Of a stretch of 64,000 bases of DNA, positions 12,351-24,791 are shown one piece after another. The position numbers were made by a program, and so were the translations under genes. Every line of letters starts with the position of its first letter. Within the stretch, counting starts at the first letter, position 1. The notes below the pieces were generated by a model. It ran no database searches. It was not told the DNA's origin and saw nothing but the letters and a program-made list of their open reading frames with translations. Source of the stretch: the human T2T-CHM13v2.0 reference genome, Homo sapiens; assembly GCF_009914755.1 (NCBI RefSeq), contig NC_060940.1. The stretch is one strand, 5' to 3'.

Positions 12351-14359
12351 CAACTATGGAGGAAAAAAAAAAAAACACCAATGCTGCTAGGTCTCCTTTT
12401 GCATTTTCCATAGCCATTTATTTGGTTTCCAGTTACATGGAAGCCAATTTAAAAGCTTTTGTAACTCACACCTCACTAGTGGACCTATTGTTCCTGTGTT
12501 CTCCTGGGGAAGCTCAATGGCCGTTGCAAAATTCAATGTGTGTGTGTACATATATGCACATGTATAAAACGCATGTCAACACTAAATGTAAATATTGGTT
12601 TACTTCACAAGAAAGAAAGAAAGAATGGGAAAAGAAATCTTGGATGTTATTTATGATCCCCTTAGCAAATTCTTTCGAAAGACACATCCGATTTAATATT
12701 ATGAAGAAGCTTAGTTTCATTTTAAACAACATGAGGCCTGAAGGTGATTTCACATTTCTAACGTACATTCCTCCTTCTAAAGAGGAAGGCGATAAGTTAA
12801 AGCAAGTTCAAGTGCTATTGTAGCAAGCTAATTCCCTTCTTCCACATGCGATTCAGAGAGAAAGGTCAAGTCTGCTGTCACTTCTCTATAACGGATGCTC
12901 AAGGTCTGTGTGCACTAAGCATGATATATTTAAAAGAAGCCAAGCACTCGGCCATTTTCTGTGTCAACTGTATTAATCATAAACCCTCCATCTTGAGCTG
13001 CAATGAGAGATTAGGTGCAGATGAGTTCGTAAACAGCAAATGCACAGAGTTCTTTCTGCTCTAAACTAAACCCCTATTTCTCCACCATCTTGAAAGGTAC
13101 AGAAGTCCTGCAACTGGGAGGAAGGGGCCCTATCATCAGCTGTAATTGATATGACGGGCTGCTTATAAGGTGGGAATCTAGCTGCAGACCACGCGGTGGC
13201 TGACTTCTGATCAAGCTCTGACAATGAGGTGAGGGAAATAGAAAAGGGCAAATCAAAGGCACTGAATATTTAAGACCAATTCAGGATGTGAATTCTTCCC
13301 AGAGAAGTTGCTGAAATATACACTGGGGATCGTGCAGGTACATAGGTACCTACGACATAATTATTTGTATACTAAATAGGTAGTCCTGATAGCTTAGCAG
13401 TTATATGATACAATATACAAAACAAAATCAAGAAAACTGACCATCTACTTCAATGCTTTTTAGCAGTAAGATACATTTCTACAATTTACTTAACAGATAT
13501 TTCCATGAGATGTACATGCCTAAAAATTGTTTCTTTATTAAAATTTATGGAAAAAAATAAATACAGTCATTTGAGCCATTATTAGCGAAAGGTATTGTCT
13601 TTGTTAGGACTGTGTTTACAGGAGAAAATCACTGAGGAAACCTTGATAGGCAACTGTGTTATAAAAAAGTATACCATTGGGAGGGCTCTCAAAATGTTAA
13701 CTTGTTTTTTTTTAAAAAATCTCACTCAAATCATAAGAATTGACATCTTTTCTGGGTAGGAAAATGACAACGCCTCCCTTCAGAGCTACCCAGATGCTAT
13801 CCTTTCTATTCATGCAGTCCCCCTTGAGTGTCTTAAATAATGTCCTTGTCATCTCACGTTGACTCCCAAGGCAGTGCTACCCATGAACCTCTGGCTCTGC
13901 ACATTGGCCTACACTGCAATAGAGCCACTTCTTTCTACATCATTAACTAATGTTCAGGCACTGTCAGATCTCTCATAATGGAAAATCCATGCAATCCACA
14001 GGGTCTTCTTGTGCCTGGCAAATGAATTTGTTACAACTGGACACTAGCAGTGTGGTCCGGCGTCTATAGTCCAGCCGATAATGATCATTATTACAGTATT
14101 CAACATTCAGGGCAGTTCCTCATATTTGAGTTATCTGAGGATGCCAGACTGTAAGAGGTTAGGTGACCATCACCATCCTCTGGTGCCCTTAAAAACCCGC
14201 TGGTGATTCTCCACCAACTTAAACTGTAACACATCCTGTGATTGGAAAATTCTATCTCACCACAAATGCAAAGATAGATAAGATTCAGGAGATCTTCTGA
14301 AGAGCCAAGCACTTGGCCAGGTTCTTGACATTTTTAATGTAATTTTTAAATAATAAGCC

Positions 14360-14480
14360 TAGGAGGATTATTGTCATTCTCTATCTGCAGATGAGGACAC
14401 TGAAGCTTAGAAAATTTCAGTAACTTATCCAAGTTTCCACAGCTCATAATGACAAGGTTGATATTCAAAATTAGATTTAT
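14360..14480 (-). mobile_element. MIR
   Basis: gcagatgaggacactgaagcttaga..taacttatccaagtttccacagct = reverse-complement MIR core. Confidence 0.75.
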
Positions 14481-15140
14481 TTCTATCACCTTATGGAGAG
14501 ATAAAAGAGCTGAGAAGCGCTTTGTCAAGACTCACAGGTGGATTTCAAACCACAGACAGATGGCTGCAACTCCAGCTCCCTTAGTTTATATCTGAAAAAG
14601 TCTCCTGTTGATGGAAACAGATTTGAACTTTGAAAAAGGCAAAACAAGCTCTGATAATTCTTTGAAGGTGAAGCAGTGCACCTAAACTAAGGATGACCCC
14701 AGAGAGGCCAGGTGGACATGTTAGATCTTTGGTACCAATTGATTCAATCCTGGACATTCATTCATGTTTTGTTGCTCTCCCTCGGTAGTTTAGAAAATCG
14801 CACTTTTGAACTAGAATCCTGGCCTAATTTGTGACAAGGGGCATGAGATGTGATGGGACCATGACTTGTCACAGCTGACTACCATGGATAATTTAGAGGG
14901 TACTTCTGGAGGAGGGAGGTGGAAAGAAGAGCATATTTTAAATCAGGAACATCCTAGTTTATTAAAACATTGATTAGCTCTCATATCAATGGGTGTTTAA
15001 GATGGGAAGATAAGAAAAATTCAATATAAAAGCTGTCTTCTGAGAAGATTCAAGACAAGGACACTTTCAAAATTCTTCCCGAAGCTATATAAATGTTAAT
15101 AAAAATAAGCACTATGGAGAAAATAAAAATATAGGTCTGT

Positions 15141-15463
<323 letters not shown>

Positions 15464-15896
15464 CTATCAGCATTTCTTTCAATAGCATTGCCTTTTTTGA
15501 ACTCAGAGAGTCAATGTTCTTTTAATGTCTCATGATGGACATCCTGCAAAGTTTATGGTCCTTGGCTTCCTTATCCAAATCCAAGTGTATTTCTACCTTT
15601 TCTGGATGCCCAGGCTTAAATGCAGACATTCTTCCCTCCAGCTCAAACTGTGCCTCCCACCAGGAATACCCTACCCCATTTCCTGCCTACCAAACCCCAC
15701 TCCCACCCACTTCCACAAAACTATCACTGGCTCCCACATGGTTTTCCTGAATATGCACAACAGTCTCTATCCCACGTCTCAAGTTTTTCTCATGTGAGTC
15801 TCCATAAACCTTACTATTGGTTGTTTCTCTAACTAAATTTAGGAATGTGGTTTATATTTTTTCTGTACCTCCAAAATATCTAGCACCCTAGTAGGC

Positions 15897-16022
15897 TTTT
15901 TCTTTAAGAGTGGGGGCTCTCACTATGTTGCCCAGGCTGGACTCAACTCCTGGGCTCAAGGGATCCTCCCACCTCAGTCTCCCAAGTAGCTGGGACTACA
16001 GGTGTGCACCACCATGCAGGCT
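15897..16022 (-). mobile_element. FLAM (free left Alu monomer) inserted in an L2 3' end
   Basis: Single monomer ctcactatgttgcccaggctgg..ctcctgggctcaag..tagctgggactacagg; TSD ctagtaggcttt / ttagcaggcttt; flanks resemble the L2 tail. Confidence 0.85.
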
Positions 16023-16800
16023 CTTAGCAGGCTTTAATAAATACTTAGTCATGGTCCAGTTTTATCCACACAAGCTACCTTTTCAGTCCCAGAGCTACAA
16101 TTGCATTTGATGGGTGGGGGCACCCAGCATACTAGAGGTAGCAAAAGAAGAAGGTTCTGTTTTGGTAACACCTTAAGGACAAAAGCACAAAAGCACCAGT
16201 GTAATAGTACACATGTGTTTCTCAGGTTGAGACTTATAAAGTGAAGCACTGATTTCAAGTGTCAAAGAACATAAATATTGTTCTTATGGCAATAAATGGG
16301 GGAAAAAAACAAAAGGTTTTGACGACATTTCCACCAGGTGGCTGTCATTCACCAATTCCAACCTTTGGTTTAAAGTAATCATGAAGCTTCAGTGGCTGTC
16401 AGGGGTGGAGGGACAGGAGATATTAGCAAAAATGTCTCAACACTTAGGGCAGCATTCCTGGTTTGAATAAACGTGAACCCACAGTGCTTTATTACATACT
16501 TTCAGAATTGATGCAGTTTAAGATGGTGAGTACAAGTTTGTCCAATTTTCTGAGAAATTTCATTCCCAAGTTCAGAATTGATTCTTTTCCCCTAAGTGAC
16601 GACAATACCTTAGGGACCAAAGTTAGTTGAAGTGCATCCTTATTTATTAACTTCTTTTTGTTCCACTTCTGATAATATCTTTGAATCCTACAAAGTACCA
16701 TTCAAGATATACTAAAATTGGCTAAAAATCAAGAATAAACATTTCAAAACAGGTCAACATTCAAAGTTAGTAGATGCACGAGAGATGGTTGAGCAGAAGA

Positions 16801-16852
16801 GAAAAGGACCAGATCTTTGGGTGAGAGAAAAGGACCAGATCTTTGGGTGAGA
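16801..16852. repeat. Perfect 26-bp tandem duplication
   Basis: gaaaaggaccagatctttgggtgaga twice, back to back. Confidence 0.95.
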
Positions 16853-16863
16853 CACAGCTTGGT

Positions 16864-16990
16864 GGGAATCCCAGCCAGACCCTTAGATGACTTTAAGCAA
16901 ATTGTTACATCTTCCTGCCCCTTGGTCTCCTTGTGGGAAAAATGGGGATCGTAGCATCCATCTTCCAAGGGGGTTGTAATTATTAAAATC
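16864..16990 (+). mobile_element. MIR
   Basis: gggaatcccagc..gactttaagcaaattgtta..aaaatggggat..ggggttgtaat. Confidence 0.6.
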
Positions 16991-17540
16991 ATACTGAATT
17001 TTAGTGGTCTAGCACCAACGGCCATTACTGAGGAAGAGGTCTTGGGGAGGAAGTTAGAAAGGGAATCCTACTGTCATAACATGTGTAAGTCTCCCTCCAC
17101 TGTATCCTGAGTCTTTATCCCTTTTAACTCCTTCAGGAGTACTGGCCTCTTATCGTTTCCCTTCCGCAGCGTTACCTACGATTCTCCCCCATTTAAAATT
17201 TGCCAAACTGCCAAATTTCTAGGTCTCGATAAAATGCTGTTGGATAAAGCAAATATTTCATTAACAATCTGTCCCCAGGTGCTACAAATGTTTCACCTTA
17301 AATGAAAGTAGAAATTCATATGGTCTTTCCCTCCAGCAGTCTCATTCCCTGGCAAAATAGAGGTTTAATTAAGGTCAAATCTCCCAAGCCATAGCAGAGG
17401 ATGGATTTAGGTCAGTTGAAACAGATATTCTAGTTAATTTAATCTAAATGGTTGTGTTTATTTGAGGAAGGAAGGGAAAGGCCTTTACAAATAGTGGCTC
17501 CTGGCTAGCACAGCATCGGGGAGGGAGAACAGTAACTCAC

Positions 17541-17587
17541 CAAAGTTTGAACCACAGGGAGCTGCACACATCTCAGAAAAACAGTTC
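17541..17587 (-). other. Candidate 47-nt exon (unverified)
   Basis: CCTTTTTTCCCCCTAAATTCTCAG| ... TTG|GTGAGT on the minus strand. Confidence 0.25.
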
Positions 17588-18137
17588 CTGAGAATTTAGG
17601 GGGAAAAAAGGAGTCTGCATAATTCTCAACTCCAGGTTATATATCTACAATAACAAATTATTAGCATATTCTTGGTAATGCCAAGAGAGAGAAAGGTTTG
17701 ATCAGCTTGAAGACCCCAGATCTTCCATTAAAAATGAACCGAAATCCTCCACCGAACAGCTTAGGAGTTTCAAACATAAAAATAGATATGCAAACCAGAG
17801 AACCAGGAACAGCACAAGACAGGAGGATATGAAATGTCATCAGGGTCAAACACTGCTTCAGTAAATTCTAATGGAGGAGAATTCTACATCAACAGGAAAC
17901 TGGAGAGATGGACACAGCCCTTCCCTGAAACTTACATTCTTGCTTATTATTTTTCATTTTCCCCTTTGTTTCTGTTTCAAGCTTTCCATGTATTTCTGGC
18001 TCACCTGACCCAAAACTTCCTTCAACAGGACTTTACAATTTAACATGTAACTTTTGTTCTATGACACAGACAGGCGTCTTCTGCTTACCAGAACTCTGTT
18101 ATAATCCAGGATGCAAAGAAAAATAGCATCCTTGTTT

Positions 18138-18759
<622 letters not shown>

Positions 18760-18953
18760 CGAATTTCCCTAAAATAAACCGGAGAAATGTGAACATCTTT
18801 CCTGTCTTGTCTTGTCGCTACCTAGCAGACATATTTCACACCTAAGAATAATGCCTGTTGTTTCTACCCTAGTACCTGGGGGTGATCTACGTTGTTTTTA
18901 TCCTCGTCCAAAATGTGAGGCGATAGATTACAAAACAAGTTGCCTAACTGTAA

Positions 18954-19269
<316 letters not shown>

Positions 19270-21312
19270 GGGCACATTGTATTTTTGAAGTGCAACATAT
19301 TTTTTTTTCCATCTAATTCAAAACTGTGAATGTTAAACTTAAAGACTCTTTCCAGCTTCTGTTAGTGACAGACAGAGCTCCCCAAGGGGTGGCTGCCTTT
19401 AAAGACAGGTAAATGAGGGCCCATATAAAACAGGCAAGTATTGATGTTGTAGTAAAATTCCAGAAAAATACATTGGCAGACAAGTAAATTTGTCACTAAT
19501 AATTTAATGTAATTTCCCTAAAATGGAGGTAATAGGTACTCAGGGAATACACCTCCAGGGTTTACATCAAATGTGCATGTGAAAAATCGTGAAATATTTT
19601 TTTAAATGTAGATGCTTTGTCTGACGTGTTGGTTTATGATGAAAATTATTCTTCCAAAATGAAAATGGGGAGGGGAAAATATAACATCCCCCAATCCATG
19701 TATCCTTTAGCTTCCAAACCTTTCCTGGTGGTGGCAGTTGAGCAGCCGTGACTGACTGGAAGCTAGGAACATTTGTTTGCACTTTATTTCCCCCTTAAAA
19801 TGATGTACTACAATTACCAAATATTAATGAACCAATCATGTTGCAAATAGTATTTCCTGTGTCACTCTGAGTTATAGAATCTAATCTTGGGCTCATTTGA
19901 AACATTCCAAAGTTGCATATATTTTTCCCCTTTGCAAAGTGACAGCTCAAATTGTGTTTAGTTGCATCCGTCCAACCATGAGCAAATCAAGTATAAAAAT
20001 TTCATTTTGTCTAAGTGTTAATGTAATTTTTTAAGCTCATATCCTAGGATGGCTCACTTTGCACTACGCTGGATGATATTAGATGCTGCTTAAACATTAT
20101 TATCAATTACATTACATGGTGCCAGAAAATTTTAAAATAGCACTTGTTTGAGACTCAAGTCATGAAGTTCCAAGAAAGGAAAAATACAAAGAAGGAAAAA
20201 AAATTCTTTAGCTGTTTCAAATGCACCAATGTTTATGTTTATGTTACAAATAGGCTGATTTCAAGCTATAAATCTGAATTTCATTGCCGTTATCGTGAGT
20301 TTAATATGAAAAAAGACCTGCCGTGTGCTAAGGCAATAAGGAGAGACGCAGCTGTCATAAACTCAGCTGCTGAATGGAACAACCTGAGACCTAGAGTCAG
20401 GGGCAGGAGGGAGGAAAAGAAAGAAAGGCTTTGAGAGAGAAAGCAGCCCTAAGCTAGAACCATCAACATTATGAATTAATATCAAAGTCAAAATTATAGA
20501 ATGTCCATCATTTTTTCTATAGAATATTGACAGAGTGAAATGAATTCAGCAGATAATAAAGAATCTATCCCCCAGAAAAAAAAAAAAGGAAAGAAAGAAA
20601 GCAGCGAAATATGCCGACTTCATAAAGCACATTTCATCAAATGTGTGAGCTTAATACAACTGCCAGGGAGAAGCCTGATCCAATTTTGCAGGAGGTCACC
20701 GTAAGAAGTCCCTGGCTGTTAATGTGCCTCCGCTTTCCCTGATTTCTTACTCCAGGTAGTGAGGCCAGATGCTGCTTCATGCTCAAAGATGCTTCATTTT
20801 TCCCCAAATCCGATCTTACACATACTTCCATGCACAGGACAGATGTGCTATAGTAATGAACGCTAATGGACAAAGTCGCCAAAATGTATTGCTGATGGTC
20901 CCATTTTCATGGGCCCAGAAGATGGACAAATTTCATTTTTCCTGTTACCACACTTCCAGTGGCTGTTCTACACTTTCTAGAGGAAAAAGAGTCATTTTTA
21001 TTTTAGGTGTCTGAGAAAAATGTCTTTGGATTCTAAAATTATTTAAATACAATATAGATGTGGAACTGTGCAAGAAACATACCATACTTTTATTTGCTCA
21101 ACTCAGCCTCAGCTAGATCTGCACCATTTGGGTTTGTAAATTACGCATGCAAAGTCTGCTAAATTTTTAGAATGCTGCTGTTTGTAGTGAGCTGGTTATG
21201 TTTTCTGATAATTCAGAATAATAAAAAACAGCCACTTCACCAATGGGAAGGCACACATCTCACAGTAAGATTACAGCTCACACCTGCCTAACTCAATGTG
21301 TTCATACTTAAG

Positions 21313-21344
21313 GAAGTTTAAATGTAATAGAAGCAACCTGAATT
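21313..21344. repeat. Copy 1 of perfect 32-bp dispersed direct repeat
   Basis: gaagtttaaatgtaatagaagcaacctgaatt, identical to 24760-24791. Confidence 0.95.
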
Positions 21345-21574
21345 ATCTTCAAGTTCAGGATTCTGGGTGCCTTTCTCAATTGGGATTCTATGAAAGAATT
21401 AAGCCGTCATCCTCCAAGATATCCATTATGTATATAATGAATGAACTTCTTACCCCTGCACCTAGAGTGTAATACTCGTGTATTTTTGGAAGAGTGAGAA
21501 AACAGCCTCTCAAATCACCTTCTGTGTTTCTGTGGTTTAGATAAGGATGGCTGGTTGTGAAAAGGAGGCAAGCC

Positions 21575-21745
21575 TCATTACTTAAAGTACAGTCTGCAGA
21601 CCAGCGGCATTTGTGTCACTTGGGAGCTTGTTCAAATGCAGGTTCTGATTCACTAGGTCCAGGGTGGGGCCCAGGAATCTGCATGTCTAACAAGCTCCCA
21701 AAGTGATGCTGATGTTGGTGGTCCCAGAACCACCGAGCAGCGAAG
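21575..21745. mobile_element. MER5A-type hAT-Charlie MITE
   Basis: gaccagcggcat..cacttgggagcttgtt..aaatgcaggttctgattc..ggggcccaggaatctgcat..aacaagctccc..gtgatgctgatg..ggtcc; palindromic. Confidence 0.8.
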
Positions 21746-21771
21746 CTCTAAAAGCTGCCTGTCCTCTGTGA

Positions 21772-22089
<318 letters not shown>

Positions 22090-22554
22090 GAAATAAAATT
22101 CTTAAAGGATATTAACATAGGACTACATAATAAATTTCACACATTTTATGACAAATCTGTTGGTTTTCACTTTGTCTTGGGCAGGGACCTCTCTGTATCT
22201 TCCATAACCAGGATGGAAGCAGTTGACGAGAAAGTGAACCAAAGCAAAGCCACAAAGGAAAATGCCACGCCTTTGGTTTCCTTGAATCCATGTGTGCCCC
22301 CTCCCCCCGCCAAAGGAGATTTTCATCTCTAAATGCAAATTTTCATAGGAAATTTGTACCCATATTTCCTCATCGATATTGGAATATATATTTTGATTTG
22401 CAAATCTATTGATATGAAAAAACTTACAAAGGTATGGAAATTAAATTACATTTAAACATTCATTTGATCAATGACCTCCAGTAAAAAGAACTCAGTGATG
22501 TGAGATGATATCCACCTAGAAGACCTAGCCATAGGATCACCAAGGAGTGGTCTA

Positions 22555-23305
22555 TTGACCTTTGCTGTCAGTACCATCTTTCTCTGGAATGCTGTCCCTC
22601 TTTCCATCTGCCAAACACTCTTTCTACCTTTAATGTCCAACTTGAGGCTTCCTTGAAGACTCATTATCCCTCCCATCCCCCATTTTTCACTGACTCTGCA
22701 CTCCTTAAATTGTTTGCAACTCATATCTGGGGCTCTAAACCTTTCATTATACTATTGCTTTGCTTTGCTTTCTAGTCGTTTCATTTAACTTGTATAATCT
22801 CCCTCAATGTTCAGCCCAGTGAATATTTATTTAGCAGCTGTTTTGTGCCAGACTCTCTGCTTAGCATCTGGGATAAAGAGGGACTTATACTTCTACTGTA
22901 GCCATAAATACTATTGTTCTCTATGTCAAAAACACACCCATCATTATATTGTAGAGAAGATTGATATGGAAACAAAAATAATATATTGTTATGATTATAA
23001 AGTAGAGGCATATGCAAAGTTTTGAAGGAGATAGATTTTTCCTATTATCTTCCAAGATAGAAGAATACCTAAGCAAAGAAAATTTCACTAAAGGGTAAAG
23101 GGCAAGAGTCATGCAAAAAACACAGATGTAGGCAATAGCAAACTGACTCCACGTGCTCCAAACTGTCTGTGATTGTTAGAACTTGGGGACAGAGAGAGGC
23201 AGGAGGAGATAAAATTGAAGAGGTTGGCAGCAGCCATATTATGAAGAGTCTCATTTGCTAAGCTCAGGAAAGGTGTCAACCGGGCCAGATAGGATCAGAT
23301 TTGCA
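22555..23305. mobile_element. L2 fragments (plus ~22555-22800, minus ~22820-23305)
   Basis: cctttgc..tctggaatgctgtcc (sense L2); atatttatt..tgtgccagac..ctgggata and gataggatcagatttgc (antisense L2). Confidence 0.55.
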
Positions 23306-23570
23306 GATACTATTGATATAGTGGAAGTGAACATCCTAAACTTCATCATGTCCTTTGCAAGCCGGAAAGTTTGAGGCACAGAGACAGGAACAGCTCAAAG
23401 ACTGACTGATCAGCTTGTCAAGAGAAACCTGCTTTTTAATTCTTATGATTTGAACTCTTTTGAATGAAGGATGTTGAGAAAAACCTGCAATGGGTACCCT
23501 TCTAATCTATTTGTTCATATTAATGATCACAAGGGGAAAGTCTTGACGTGCTTTAAGAAAACAGCTGTTG

Positions 23571-23877
<307 letters not shown>

Positions 23878-24759
23878 TTAATGGGAAGTGGCATGAGAAG
23901 CAGCATGAAGAGGCAGGTTAAGCTAGTGGGGTAGAGTGCAAAGTATCCCCAGAATTACAGTTTCCTTGAGATCAAGGATTCATCTTGTTTTTCTTAGTAA
24001 CCAGATCCTAGCACAATGGTATCTATTTTATCATTGTACTCAGTAACTACCCAACGTGTCTACCTCCAACCCGTTAACTCCTTCTATCACATACCTGGGG
24101 ATAAGGAATGCAGTCTATAAGCTTTCTCATTAATAACCACATCATTGAGAGGTACTGTAATCTTTTAAAAATTACTAGGTGACCCTAATTTTCCCCTCAA
24201 ATGTTTCTTTTCAAATTCTTCCCTTAAGCAGACTTTTAAAAAGTAGATGATTCCTAGAGTTCAAATGTATGGATCTATAAGAGCATCCATTTCATAAAGC
24301 AACCCTATTTTTCAAGCTTACAGAAATAGTCTGCAGAAAAGGGCTGCAGCCAAAATGAGCTTATATTTTATCCTAAATAAGATTTCTTCACCAGAAAACA
24401 AGAGTCCAGCAGGAAGGTAAGGGACTTGAACCATTTAAATCCTGAGAAGTTGAATTTTCTCAAATTGAAATTATCTTGCACTCCTTTTACTACCACGCTC
24501 TGGGCCTGCCTTGCCCATAGTAGATACTCAGTAAATTAACACTAGATTTGACTAAATTTGTAGCTTTAGAGAGCACTTGTGTCTCTTTTAATTGTTCTGA
24601 ATCATATTGGTAAACCTCCAAGTTTCATATTGCATGGTAAGCCTCCCCTATTTCTTTCCATTGCGTTTATGTTCCTTAAATAATCTAAAATATAATACTA
24701 AAAGCAGCAAGCGTTTAGAACCAGACCTTTTAAAATGTGCTCCCAGCCCTTGCTGAGAT

Positions 24760-24791
24760 GAAGTTTAAATGTAATAGAAGCAACCTGAATT
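24760..24791. repeat. Copy 2 of perfect 32-bp dispersed direct repeat
   Basis: Identical to 21313-21344. Confidence 0.95.

Noticed and set aside
12347-12823. 158-aa plus-strand ORF in unique DNA
   Set aside because: TTG start, runs through a poly(A) tract and a TG/TA repeat, and has no recognisable domain.
4692-14872. Short inverted repeats (taagcagagctcttgctta at ~4692; tgtgacaag..cttgtcaca at ~14830)
   Set aside because: Arms of 8-9 bp are expected by chance at this window size.
21575-21745. Long hairpin potential suggesting a miRNA precursor
   Set aside because: Fully explained by the palindromic MER5A MITE.
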